Shown here: positions 48,331-64,000 of the stretch, piece after piece
Layout: the number at the start of each line of letters is the position of its first letter
Position numbering within the stretch: position 1 is the stretch's first letter
NCBI RefSeq assembly: GCF_002105155.1
Contig: NW_019028981.1
Coordinates: 868,001 to 932,000, forward strand
DNA: 64,000 nt
Origin: Lobosporangium transversale
Lineage: Eukaryota
Direction: 5' to 3'
Notes under the pieces: model-generated
Told to the model about the DNA's origin: nothing
The model's input: the letters and a program-made list of their open reading frames with translations, nothing else
Databases searched by the model: none
Made by a program: the position numbers and the translations under genes

Positions 48331-50560
48331 CATTTTTACTTGAAGCTAATATTCGATTGTGCAAGATTTGGGATTTGGAAGTAGGTTAGAATCAGAGGGT
48401 ATTGCAGTTTGAGTCTCTCGAAATTCATTAGAAGTAATCAGGAATGAGAATGACAACCCTAGTCTCCAACCACAGCTTTACCCCTAGCCATCTGAACCAG
48501 GAAGGATTAGGCTGACCGCAGCCATTGTTTGAGCATTTGTCATCCAAAATTATCTGAATGTAAACGTGCAAACTTAATTATAAACAGACTCTCTCAAAAA
48601 AAAAAAAAAAAAAAAAAAAGATGACCAAGAGATGGAGAAAGAAAGGTAATTAAGAATTGAAGCTGCAAAAACGCAAGGTCGAAATTAATCAAAAAGTTCA
48701 TAATGACCGTTATTACCTTTTTCTGAGAGAGAGAATGAGAGAGTGAGAAAAAAGGAGCAAAAGTATCCTTATATTTTTTGAATACTTCCAAGTGTATTGG
48801 CAGCCTCGTGAGCACATTTACCTGGCTATGTATCAACGCTTGAAGGCGAAATTAATTTAAATATTCGTAGGGAGAAGAATGGTATTGCTCAACCATACGA
48901 AATACGATTGTTAGACTTTCAAATTTGTAAAAGAAGAGTTGATCAATTAATCATTGCTACCTCAAGTACTAACGGCGCCAATGAGGAAATCCCTTGGAGT
49001 CCTCACTGCTACCATCCTGGGCTTACACTTCTCAGGTCGCATTTGAGATGATATTTGCGCGAGGCACGTCCCACCAAAGTTTCCGGCACCAATCGCATCA
49101 CGATCAAATACACGACGTATCTACAGCAGTATTTTAACCGTGGCAGGATTGATTCTAGAGGGCTGGTATGGTTGGTATGGTAATAGCGTACACTCACCTA
49201 GCGGCTTGCCTTGATACTATCGTTATTGGAGACAAAGACTTGAGCATGCAATCAATCGGTTTTTTAAAGCCTCGAATGACAACCATTTTTAGATAGTATG
49301 GAGATTCGGTAACATATCTCTAGCGAAAAAGGACCCAGAAACGTGCTTTGATTTCTTTAGGATGGGGGAAGAAGGAAGGAGTGAAGGCAAGTAAATGGTG
49401 GACATAGCTATATATAGGTACAAGCGAAGGGTCAGTCTGGGGAAGTCAGAAGATGTTTATTGTCTGAAGTCTCTCACGCTGCTACGATGGTGCTGACTAT
49501 TTATACTAATTGGTAGCGGCGCGAGAGCCGGTACTAATATGAGTGATGTACGTTTGCAACAGTGAATCGTGATGATATAGCTTGATATATGGTTTTTGCT
49601 GATTTTTTCACTGATTGATTTTTACTAATTTTTTTCTTCCTTGGCATGCAATAGACGGCTATTTTCTGCTAGTAGAAAGCACAGAGAGCCAATGGAGGTT
49701 AAATAGACAAATTTGCCTGGTTTATGGCCCAAGGGAAAACTAAGTGTACATGGAAGACATCTCACAATACTGGTACATTTAACATCGTGGCGTTTTTTTT
49801 ATTTATAGACAATTCGAATCAAACGGGAACCATAACACAAGCATTCTCCAATGGAGCCCCAGAAGAAACAAACAAACTTTATTTTGGTGACCCACTCCAC
49901 AGTCATGCGAACATCAGTTCTCGCTTTCGCCACGACTATAACAATTCCTTGGAAAGACATTGAAACGCGTCGGTATATTTTATCTCGGCTGTTGTTATTT
50001 CGTATACCATATTGTACCCTATGTTTCTGTATGCCTATATTTTGTCGACTGTCCAATTCAGACACACACACCAGAAGGTTACCAATATCATCTCTTGCTC
50101 TCCCATCCATCCACAAGGAGCACTGTACAACATTACCAACAAGGCACCGCCCAGCATGAAGAGAGTGAATAAATTGCTTTCACTCCAAGCAATAAAGATA
50201 ACCAATAATACCGCCCTATCCCCCCCATTGACGCCATTATCTGAGAGCCAATGAATGAATATCTTTGCTTTAACGCATATGTGGTGAAGCTGTTGATAAA
50301 AAAGAGAAAAGCTTTTTCTTTTCTTTTATTGCTGCTCTTGACAAGGATTTGATTACTTTCCATACATTTATTAAAAGCACAACTACAAATCCGTGAACGA
50401 GCAACACAAATAGAGTGGTAAATGCTTCCTAGGAGATGAATGTTCAGAAATCTTTTATGCAACGGACGTTCTGCAAAATTATAGTTTACTATTTTATTTC
50501 AACCAGCAAGAGTTACGTATCCGATCTTAAATGTAACTCAGGAGTCGACCGTGGCTCGTT

Positions 50561-50591
<31 letters not shown>

Positions 50592-51726
50592 AAGAACTCA
50601 GAAAAGAGATGAAAAGTAATCCCACAGCTCGAAGCTGCGAACAAATGGCTTCCAAATATTTACCCCTTTTACAACAGATCTTAGGGACGATGTCTACTGG
50701 ATAGGGCTTTTTTTTTTTTTTTTTTTTTTTGACGATCCACACCGTGTCGGTTACAACGTCAATGCTCATAAGGCCTTTTTCAAAGAAAGTAAAGCAAAGA
50801 AAGGTAAAATAAGCTAGCGACAAGTGTCTGTTGTTAGTGCACACTTAGGTCCCTGGGGAAGCAAAAAACAGCAGCAACAGATATGTAATACATGTAATAG
50901 TTAATTAGATCAGTATAATGAATGGGAAACTCATAATAACTTGCCCATAAACACGCGGAAACAGTTTAGGATATGTGGGGCAGTTCTCATACCGTAAAAA
51001 GTTTATGCTCCATACATTGTAGACAAATCTGGCGACGCAGAACAACTGGCAAGTTAAGCTTCATAGTACAAAACTTGAAAGAATGCCCATCAAGAGAGAA
51101 GGTTGAATATGCTACTCATTACTTTGACGGCTACTCACAGGCTACCCTTACAAGATAAAGAAGCAAAATGTCGTGGAAAGATAATGTATGGCCGAAGAGC
51201 CACAACAATGTTTGTACGATGCGAAGAATACAACCTCAGCATTGAGTTATTGAAGGGCCTACATTGATTGATACTTTAGAACAATCGAGGATGATGGCAG
51301 TCGGAAAAAAAGACAATGGTGATAAGCATCATTAGTGGCGGGGCCAGAGATGAAATGAAGTATATGATGTTGAGTGTATTCGGAACGCACAGGATGTGAC
51401 ATCAAAGAGAAATGTGAAAGTCGCCAAACAAAACCAGTTATCACAGCGTTATACAAAGACTTGTATGATGACCTGTCAATCGTAATCTAAGAAGGATATT
51501 TATGGATATTCATCCAGCAAAGAGTAATCTGGTTTTTGCAAAGAGGATCATTAAAAACACAAGGCGGAGTAAAATGAGAAAGCATCTTTGCGTTATCGTG
51601 CTCAAAATCAACCAGATTGCAACTTTATTATTCCACGTTGCGGCGCTGGTTCCGGACGGCGAAGCAAAAGAGAAATGGCGCGGGAAGTTCATAAATGATA
51701 CAAGTGTTGATGATAGAAGCCCAAAG

Positions 51727-51760
<34 letters not shown>

Positions 51761-52414
51761 GGGCACTGATGTATATACCAAACTAAGGCTGTCATGTATA
51801 TCCATCCATGTTCAGCAGCTTCAACTTGATCAACAATGGATCAACAGTGTTGTCTTTCACGTGACTCAAGCTACGCCAGATGGCGGCCAGAACCTCAAAA
51901 AAGAGGAGCAAGTCTATGTAGTATGAATTACGGTTTCTTTTTTAGTTGCTTTCCGCTTGGCTCAGCATTTAACGAATCCAAAAGTTGATGATGCAAGAGC
52001 AGACACATTAGGGTAGAGCAAAGAGAAATGCCCTGTTGTTCTTTCTCTTTTTCTGAATGCTTCCTGTCCTCTATTCCTTCATCCTCCTTTTCTCTCTTTG
52101 CCACATCTCTCTCTCTCATCATCTGGAAAAAAGAAAAAAAAAAAAAACCTTAGCCTTCATCTAGATACATTCCAGCTGCTTCTTCCTTTGCTGACCAAGC
52201 CAACGCCAAAACAAACATCAAACAACATCCAGCAACTTTTTTTTTTTTTTTTTTTTTTTTTTCTGCTCTCTCTTTCATTCTCACTTTCTTCCTTTCCATT
52301 CCTCTATTCCTCTACACATTTTTCAATTTTTTCCCTCCCGAAATCTTTTCTCTTATTTGCAAACCTTAATTATTATCGTCTGAACCCTTCCCATCTTTTT
52401 TAATTTGCAACATC

Positions 52415-54739
<2,325 letters not shown>

Positions 54740-55703
54740 TAAAATATACTAGTTTCCGTTGCCATAGTGTACCGAGTATTGGCGAATGCAAATACTGGAA
54801 TAATATATAAAGTAATACTTGTTAGGATACTCAATATGTCCATAATAACTTTTAAAATTGTGTTTATTTGATACCTCAAGGATCAAGTTCTTAATCTCGA
54901 AACCTTCTTCTCCTCCCAACACTCTCGTACTTTCACGTCATATAAACCTTCGAATACAATTTTCTTTGCAATGCTAGCCATATAAGCTTGTTAGGTAAGT
55001 TTGCATTACGCGATCTGTTCATCAAAACCGGACGGGAAAAAACAATAAAAAGAACAAGGCAAGGTACATGTAGTTAAGTAGCAAATTATGCTGCGCTCAT
55101 CTTACGGCGCCTCACATTGGAGAACAAGTGGTACAGTTAATGCAATTTTTAATGTTAGACTCCTTTCTTTCTCTGAAAAGAAAAATATAAATATATAAAT
55201 GACAAATGACAACCTTGGTCCACTTGTCAAGACTATGTCCGTTCGTACTGATTCCAATTCATACTTGTTTTTCTACCTGTCTTTTTGTTATAAATACCCA
55301 AGTGCAGCTAAAATTCAGTAGCATGTAAGATGCAACTAACGATGTGTCCGATTTGATAGCCTGCTCAACTTACTCTAATAACGGTTGCTCATTATTGTCC
55401 ATGTCTTTCTTTCCTCACTTCTTTCTCTTGTTCTTTACTTTCTCTGATTCCAGAATAAATATGTGCCTCTCATTCGATTATCTTTACAAGTAATTTGGAG
55501 ATATTCGTATTAAAAAAAGAACTCTATATCTTCTACCAAAACTGAAGGTTGCCTTTGGCAACTTAATTATATTTGTTCAGCAGCCTTATCGACGCTCTGT
55601 CCACTTGTCGGCGATCCTAATGGCATTGGACCTCCTTACTTCTTTGCTATTCTGTAATGCCAAGCTTGGCGGCACTTTAATCTCTCAACTTTATAAGCAA
55701 TTG

Positions 55704-55736
<33 letters not shown>

Positions 55737-57334
55737 TAAATGAAACTGAGCAGGGATTATTGTTGTTTGCAAGTTTGTCTCTCATAGCCACGCTGATTAT
55801 CCACCTCATCGCGTTAGTCATGATCAAAGGGCCTTTTAAAATGCGGACGGCATAGTGTGGCAATATTATGATTTTCGAGAAACAAAATAGGGACAAGCAT
55901 GTTTTTTTTTATCTTTACATACTGGTTTTTATTGCTTATTTCCATTTCTACCACCAACACTTAATAGGAATGCATCAAGGCCTTATATCAGCTATTAAGC
56001 AACTTTGTAGGTGTTCCATCCGCAAAGGATAGAACATTCCTCTCACTCTGAATACGGTTCATCTTGAGAAGCCCTGACACAATTTGATATCAGATTCTGA
56101 CTAATGTTTTCCATCAATAGATAAAGTGTAAGTCCATTGGTGTTTACAACGGCATCATCTCTCTCAATTGCCACCTTCCGATGGTTTGGATCTTTTGAAC
56201 CGATCAGGTCAATTGCGTTTTGAGTTGTCTTTTTTATTTCCAATGGGACTGCATTGCTGAACAACGTAATCTTAGATTGTTCCCGACAACAACATGTTGG
56301 ATGGCTGCTGGCCACTTGGATATTGCGTTTAACTGCAATTTTACCAAACATTATTAATGGATTTTTTTTACTTTTTTTTTTTTTTTTTTTTTTTTTCAAG
56401 CACTATTACAAGTCTGCTTAGTGTGGTGATGGTGTTCAAGTGTTGGGATTCAATTACCAAGGAGGAATATGTCTTTAATCAGATCGAAGCAGAATGTATG
56501 GGAGATCAAGGAGTTGTTGAGAGGACGAAGTGCTCTATGGGTGGCAGTAGAACAACACCACAATTACCGCTGCCAAGATGGTTTTGATCGCAATAACTCG
56601 TCCATATTGAGTTACATGGCTATAATGGTTTTGATTGGTATGAGTGGCCGTTAATAAATGTTGACTTGGTAGTGCGCTTCGGCCAAGTGAATATGACAAC
56701 CGGCCCAAGTCTCGCACGACCCATCTGTTATTCATAGTTAGTTTATGGTGGACTCATTGGGAGACATGCTCACATGTACATCGAGAACATGTACGCGTCT
56801 GTGGAACGTCTGCATGCCTTCCTTATTTTTGACCAAAGTTGCTTTGTAACCGTCGATGTCTTTAAAAAGCTGTTGGAAACTTTTTATTAAAGGACAGCAT
56901 TCCGCAGACTGAAGTCATTCATTATCACTCTCACTCTCCACTCTTTTTTCGCGCTGGTGTGTAGGAATGTAAAGAAAGGAAAAAGGCTGTTTAATTTTTG
57001 TTTTGGAAAATGTCTTTAACAAAATAAAAAAAACCTTTATTATTATTTTTTTCCCCCCAGCTTTCCTTTCATTATCTTTCTCTCCTCTCAATGTCTTTTA
57101 TCACCATCACCAAATAAAATATCGCATTACTTTTATTTTCCACAATCACGCATTTCCATTCTAAATATATTCCTTCAACCGATCAAGCCATTAGTCCTTG
57201 CTTTGTTTTAGAAGCAAGGCTGATCTGTATTGCATTGGCTTTGCAATTACCCAATCTGATCAACCCTCTTAAGCCTATACAATTTGCATTGGCTTCTTCT
57301 GACTGAAACCTTTTACATTCAGTCCTGTTGATTG

Positions 57335-60132
57335 ATGGAGCGTCGCAGTGACAGGGACACGCTCCACAACCCTGTTGGTGACAGCTATCCTGCACACATA
57401 CATAACCACAATCCCATTCCGTCTCCTCACCACGTCCCTTCTTCCCCACAGGCTCATCTTCATCCACAGCTGTCAACACATCAACATCCCATCATGAACC
57501 CACAGCGTGCTAATCCTGCATATTACCGCCCGGTTTCACCTGATCCAGCACCAGCAGCATCCTCTGCTGGACCATCCACATCAGTGCCCCATTACCGCAG
57601 ACCTTCGTCTCCTGGCCCATACGGAAACCCATCTGGACCCTATGGCTCTGCACAAGCGCCTGCTACAACAGCACATTCAGCTCACTACAGTCAATCTTAT
57701 GGACGTCATCTCGAGTATTCCAAGGATGACTACCATTACCATTCACATGAACGGCGGCGTGATTACGAGTCGGCAGAGATGGCTCATGATTATTCTCCGA
57801 TGACCAGGGATCTCTTCCGATCCTCGTCTCCTACACGTATGCATCATGCTGCTAGGTCTGATGCAGCTGTTGCTTCCACTATGCGTAGACCAGCCACAAG
57901 TTCTTCCACGCCGTATCACCAGGGTCCACCTACAAGTTCTTCCTCTCATGGCTCAATCTATGATCACGAATTGCGCGATCGTGATCGTCGTGTTGCTCAT
58001 CCGTCATATAGTTCTGGCCGTTATACTGCCCGCTCACCTTCACCAGGACCCTACGGCTCCCCTCCAGGAAACATTTCCTATCGCCATTATTATGAACAAC
58101 AGCAACAGCAGCACCATCAACAGCAGCGCCAGATATCACGATCTTACAGACAAGAATACTATGCATCAGATGGTGAAGGCGATGGACCCGTCATGAGCCA
58201 GCATCATCACTATCAGCAGCCGCCATCTCATTCTTCAAGAGTATCTTCCTATCGTACTTGGCCCGCGGGATCTCATGAAGCAGCCTCTCGAGACTACACT
58301 CCTTCAACAGCAACACAGCAGGTAATGACAATCAAAACAAGTAGGATTGGTTCAGATTGCACAACAGAGGATGTTGACAAGGCACCCTTTTTAATTATTT
58401 TTTTTTATTAATCACTTTGATCCACTAAAAGACACCATATTACTCGTCATCACGGCAGCCATTGCCATCGGATCGTTACGAGAGTTCAGGATCAGTACCA
58501 CCTCCGAGAGCAACATCGCCTTACCAACCATATGCTCAACGTTCTATACCTCACTCAACTCACCCGTCAACAGGGGTATGGTCTGCACAACGTACTCCAG
58601 AGCTGGCTTCTCGTCCACCGATGCATTACCGCCGTCGTTCAGCTAGCGTGGATGAGGGTGTTGACAGAGAAAAGGTTCGTCTATTGTGCTTTGTCTTATG
58701 GGTGTCTCTAAAAATGTGTGTGACAAAGAAAGAGAAGCAAATTCATAACAGATGCCTCTCTTGTTCGTATGTGATATTCCCTAGCAATACTACTCTCATC
58801 ATTATCATGATGCTTCATCTATGAGACCCCGTTCGAGGAGTCCACCTCATCGGACTCATTCTCCTCCGCGATACCAGGTAATTTTTATTTTTTTTTATTT
58901 TTTTATTTTTATTTTTATTTTTTAAACTATGTTTTTAATCTGAAATATTTTGTATTCATTGATCCTTATAGTATGAGACGAGCCCGTACAATGACCGGGG
59001 TCCGCCATCATCATACATAGAACCAACATACATACCTTCAAGATCTCCATCGCCTGTTCGAGTGGTACAGAATCGGAGCGAAAGGAAAGCGCCTGCTATG
59101 TCGATTGCACAGCTTCTAAGCGATAAACCTTCGCGGGAACCATCACCTGAGTTCATAGATGAATCCCCTGTAGACGATAGACGATCGATCTATCGCCCTT
59201 ATATTCAGGAGAATCGGCCTCGTGACATATCGCCTCCTGTACGTTTTCCTGAGCGTGAACCTAATCAGGAAATGACGGCAATCCAGCGCTACAACGAATC
59301 AATTCGCAGACCAGGCCAACTCGCCGAGCGTGCCAGAATACTTCCTGCTACAAATCATACGGCAGTTACTGGATCACATGAAGTTTCTACTAGGAGAGAA
59401 CGCCCTGCATCCAAAGACACAAACACAGGAGCGATAGATAACTATTCTTCAGAAGTCACTTCCGCCTCGACACGTCCTCGGGAGGAGAGAAAGATCGAAG
59501 CTTTATTAATACAGGGAGATATACAATCCTCTTCTACCAATTCAACCAAGACAGAAACCTGGCCAGAACAAGGGAGTGAAGATATCGCATCTACAGCCAA
59601 AGACATTACAACTAAAACACTATCGCAATCGGTAAAGCGTCGTCCAAAAGCTGCGGAGCAGGATAAGCGCACTCTCAAGCCCAAAGCAGAGGAAAACGAA
59701 GCTCCAGTAGAGGAAGCCAAGATCAAAGCAAAGAGAGGAAGGAAGCCCAAATCGAAAGATAATCCATTGGAAGGCTCCGCTCTTTCATTACCGGTGACGC
59801 CTGCCCTAACAGAAGCAGCTCCTCGTCCAGAGTCTATATCTAAATCCACTAATGGTGGAGTTAAGCGACAACGTGCGCCTGATACTGCAAATGAAGACCG
59901 AGACTATGTCGCCCCTATGATCCAAGGATCGCAGGAAACAGGAGAGCAGGATATTGCGGGCGCACATCCTGACGTTTCTGACTCTGACCAAGATGATTAT
60001 TCACAACACAAAGAATACATGATCTATATGCTAGAGGTGCACAAAAGAGGGCAAAAAGTACAGAAAGCTTATGAGAAACAGTCATCTGTAAGTCATCTTA
60101 ATATGCCTAAGCGAAAAATGCCTATTTGCTTG

Positions 60133-60164
<32 letters not shown>

Positions 60165-63100
60165 AGAGCTGATTTTTTCTTCTTCTTCCCTTCAGCGCAA
60201 ACGTCGGAAACTCCATGAAAAGTTCTTGGCGAAGCAAGAGAGGCGCTTGGAAGCAAAGAATACAGCCGAAGCCTTAGCCGAGCCTGGCACTGAGGACGAG
60301 GAAGTCTTCCTCGGGACACAGGAAACGGCTGTGGGTTCTCCAGCTCTTTCTCAGCCACTACAACCTACAGTTGGAAAGGGTCGTGGCCGTGGAAGAAAAA
60401 AGCTCCAACCAGACAACGCTGTCAAGAGAGAGCAGGATGAAGATGGTCTGCCCAAGGAGAGCAAAGCTGAACGTAAAAGGCGTGAGCGCAAAGAAGCAGC
60501 AGAAGCAGCAGCTATGGCTCAAGTCCAAGCAATCAAAGCCAAAGCCCGTGCGCAACAAAATGAATTGGCAGCTGCGGCTCTCCAAGAGGAAGTTGAAGAA
60601 GAGGAGCAGGATAGGCATGTTCCTCGATCTAATATTTCCGAGGATGAGAGTAATGATGATGACTTTGTAAACGATGGGCGTATTGATTTTGAGGCTTCAG
60701 AAGAGGAAGAAAAGGGAACAGCTGAGCAAAGCGTTGAGCCTGATGAAGAAACTCTGTTACGTCGTCAGGAGAAAGAGTATGAAGCCAAGCGTCGCGCCAT
60801 TTGGGATCTTATTGCTCACAGACAAATTCGTGAGGTAATGATTTTCTCGAATTTAATGTTATATTTCTGAAATGGGGAGGTATTGATGGAGGCCTTCGAG
60901 ATGAAGATAATATCAATTTGTTTTTGTTTTTGTTTGGTTTTCCTCATTTCTTTACCTTTTTCGTTTAATATTGCAACAGGTCACCAAGATTGTCGCCAAC
61001 GCAACATCAATCAAAATGCAAAACTGTAAAAAGGTCGCACAACTGTGCCAAAGAGAGGCAAGGAAGGCGGCGGCTCGTTCTGTTAAGCCAAGTAAAGAGG
61101 TTCATTCCCGAGCGCGAAAAGCAAATCGTGAAATGCTCTTTTTCTGGAAGCGCAATGAACGTGAGGAGCGGGAGATGAGAAAGAAGGCTGAAAAGGAAGC
61201 AATTGAAAAGCTACGTATTGAGGAAGAGATGCGGGAAGCCAGACGTCAGGCCCGCAAGCTCAACTTCTTGATTACACAGACAGAGCTGTACAGTCATTTC
61301 ATCGGCAAGAAGATCGGAAGTATGTTTTGGCTGAATCATAATACATATAAGCTTGATTCCGAAAGAAAGATTCATTCTGAAACTGAGACATTTTTTTTAC
61401 TTTGAACACTATTCAACTCATATAGCTGAGGCAGCAGAAGCAGATGATGATGCAGCCCCTGTCCGAATGCAACCATCAAAGGAACCTCATGAAGATTCTA
61501 TCCAACAGGATCCAAATCATGCACCTGTGGAGGGCGATATTGATTTTGAAGAAGCCACAGATGAAGCACTAGAAGCTCAGGCCAAATGGGGTGCACAACA
61601 AGCATTGCTAGCAGCTCAACAGCGCACAAAGACATTTGATGAAGAGGCTAAGGAACACCGAGAGCAAAAGCCTAACATGGCTCTTAACCAGAATGACTGT
61701 AAGCTCATGCACAAGTCCTTGCAAACCATTATGTTTTCGATATGTTGCTGAACATTCGATTTAATCAAAGTGCGATATGTACCTTTATACTAATAACATT
61801 TATTTTTTCTTTTTTTTTTTTAAAAAAAAAAAAGTGGACGAGATGAATTTCCAAAACCCATCCAGTATGCCAACAGTGGCTGAAATTGAGCAGCCTAAGA
61901 TGCTTATGTGTCAACTCAAGGGTTATCAGATTAAGGGCCTTAACTGGCTAGCCAATTTATATGAGCAGGGTATCAATGGTATTCTCGCAGACGAGATGGG
62001 TTTGGGAAAGACAGTCCAGTCTATTTCGCTTATGGCGTACTTGGCCGAGACACAAAACATCTGGGGCCCATTTTTAGTGATAGCTCCTGCGTCAACATTG
62101 CACAACTGGCAGCAAGAGTTTACAAAGTTTACCCCAGATCTGAAAGCTCTCCCGTATTGGGGCAATATCAAGGACAGAAAGACGCTACGCAAGTTTTGGA
62201 ACAAGAAACAAGTGTACAACAAAGATGCGCCTTTTCACGTCCTCATAACGTCTTATCAATTGGTTGTCTCGGATGAAAAGTATTTTCAGCGAGTCAAGTG
62301 GCAATATATGGTACTGGATGAGGCACAGGCAATCAAAAGTTCATCCAGTGCACGATGGAAAACATTACTGGGCTTCAACTGTCGCAACCGCCTCTTACTC
62401 ACAGGAACCCCAATCCAAAATAGTATGCAAGAATTGTGGGCATTACTGCATTTTATCATGCCTAGTCTTTTTGATTCCCATGAGGAGTTTAGTGAATGGT
62501 TCTCAAAGGACATCGAGTCCCATGCTGAAAACAAGGGTACGTTAAATGAGCACCAACTGAAACGTCTTCACATGATCCTTAAGCCATTTATGTTGCGTCG
62601 TATCAAGAAAAATGTGCAGAACGAGCTGGGCGATAAGGTTTGTCAAATTAGTGGATTAATTACAGAACAATCGTCGATACTTGTAAACATTAGCTTAAGA
62701 ATTCATTCATTAACGCCTTCTTTTTTTTTTTTTTTTTTTTTTTATGGTACAAATAGATCGAGTTGGAAGTGAGCTGCGAATTGACAGCGAGACAAAGGGC
62801 GCTTTATCGTGGGCTCAAAGAAAAGATTTCTATTTCAGAGCTCTTAGAAAAGGCGTCGTCTCTGGATGATAGCGATTCTGTCGACAGTTTGATGAACCTT
62901 GTTATGCAGTTCCGTAAAGTTTGTAACCACCCTGAGTTATTTGAGCGTGCCGACGTAGTATCACCTTTGGCATTATGTGCCTTTAGTCAAACGCCATCAA
63001 TCGCACGAGAAGGAGACGATCTGTTTGTGGCATACACAACGCGTAGCAGGATAAATTATTCTATTCCTAAGCGCTTTTACCGCGAGGGCGGGCTTTTGCG

Positions 63101-64000
63101 AGTTCCTTCGGAGCAATCGAATGCAGGAACCGACACCAAATATCTGGATCATCTTTTGAATATCTGGACACCTGATCATGTTGCACAATCCATGTTTGAA
63201 GAAGAAGGCACGTTCTCTTTCTTGCGATTCACTGATTATTCACCTTCTCAGGTCACTAAGATATCCCGCAGCCACCTACTGGATCGGTTTGCTCTCCATC
63301 TAGAGCTGGAAGACTCACGATCAAGACGTGGGTATGGTCTTGACAGTGTCTGGGACGGCGATGATGTGGCATCAGCAAATTATCCGGGGAATACTTTTGC
63401 AAAGTTTGTGATTTCCGAGTCAGTGGATCCATTTTCACAGAACAATCGATCTAGTTTGAACCATATGAAGCAGCTTGGTCATACCCTCTACAAATCCGAA
63501 CTGGGCGAGTATTTGCCAATGATGGAGGCAGCCTATAGACCCAAGGCGGTGGCCCCTCCAATCGAGATGATCTGTTCTGATCGTACTTTTCTTGTTGACC
63601 AATATGAGCAAATGTTTGATACCAGAATACGACGACTACTGCTTGGTGTTCCAGAATTTAGAACAGAGGCTGTGCATCAAGAATATGTTGCTCCAATAAT
63701 GGATTTATGGCAGGTGAATCAGGGTCGTGGATTGCTAGGTGAGCCATCACTCAGCTCCCAGGGCTATTCGACCATCGAAGTACCTCAGATGAAACAACTG
63801 ATTATGGATTCTGGAAAGCTGGCGGTCTTGGACAAATTGCTTGTGGAGCTCAAGGCCGGTGGTCATCGCGTACTTGTGTATTTCCAGATGACTAAAATGA
63901 TTGATCTGATGGAAGAATATCTTACTTATCGACAGTACAAATACTTGCGTCTTGATGGATCTTCCAAGATTTCTGATCGTCGCGATATGGTGACAGACTG
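57335..64000 (+). CDS. INO80: INO80 chromatin-remodelling ATPase (3' end beyond window); exons 57335-58321, 58432-58674, 58785-58877, 58972-60087, 60196-60834, 60980-61319, 61426-61698, 61835-62637, 62757->64000
   Basis: DBINO domain ([23 protein letters not shown]), SNF2 motifs [12 protein letters not shown] and DEAQAIK, long split-ATPase insertion, then DSGKL...[10 protein letters not shown]...RLDGSSKI. The N-terminal exons are low complexity but phase-compatible. Confidence 0.95.

Noticed and set aside
48600..52300. ncRNA or genes in the intergenic region (short hairpins near 48980 and 50510; CACGTG and AGATGGCGGC near 51860)
   Set aside because: No recognisable RNA family or convincing ORF, and the motifs are short enough to occur by chance.

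Overview
Eukaryotic fungal DNA. Short GT-AG introns, long A/T homopolymers and the TE families suggest an early-diverging fungus, possibly Mortierellomycota (inference). Positions ~1-46 kb form a nested transposon island with no host protein-coding gene I can recognise. It holds three copies of a long-TIR Tc1 element with DD39E spacing, a second Tc1 fragment, three MULE copies, a hAT element and a hAT MITE, two chromodomain Ty3/Gypsy elements, a non-chromodomain Gypsy family in two head-to-head copies, several solo LTRs, a tRNA-headed SINE, a decayed zinc-finger gene and a 2.35-kb poly(A)-spaced tandem array. The right part carries a 5-exon Ras gene and the 5' part of INO80. Main signals: (1) three LTR insertions stacked at one ACAA target 14-18 bp upstream of a tRNA gene, as in Ty3 targeting, giving a palindrome with 4-kb arms; (2) two dissimilar LTR families in that stack share a TATA / hairpin / GT donor / poly(A) signal / duplicated repeat ending CAG layout, suggesting an LTR intron regenerated at strand transfer; (3) the targeted tRNA is a tRNA-Lys body with a CTA (amber) anticodon, and two Tc1 copies share an AAG(Lys)-to-TAG change; (4) an extra antisense ORF in one chromovirus. 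Scattered 1-bp indels in repeats may be assembly errors. All calls were made by eye, with no database searches.
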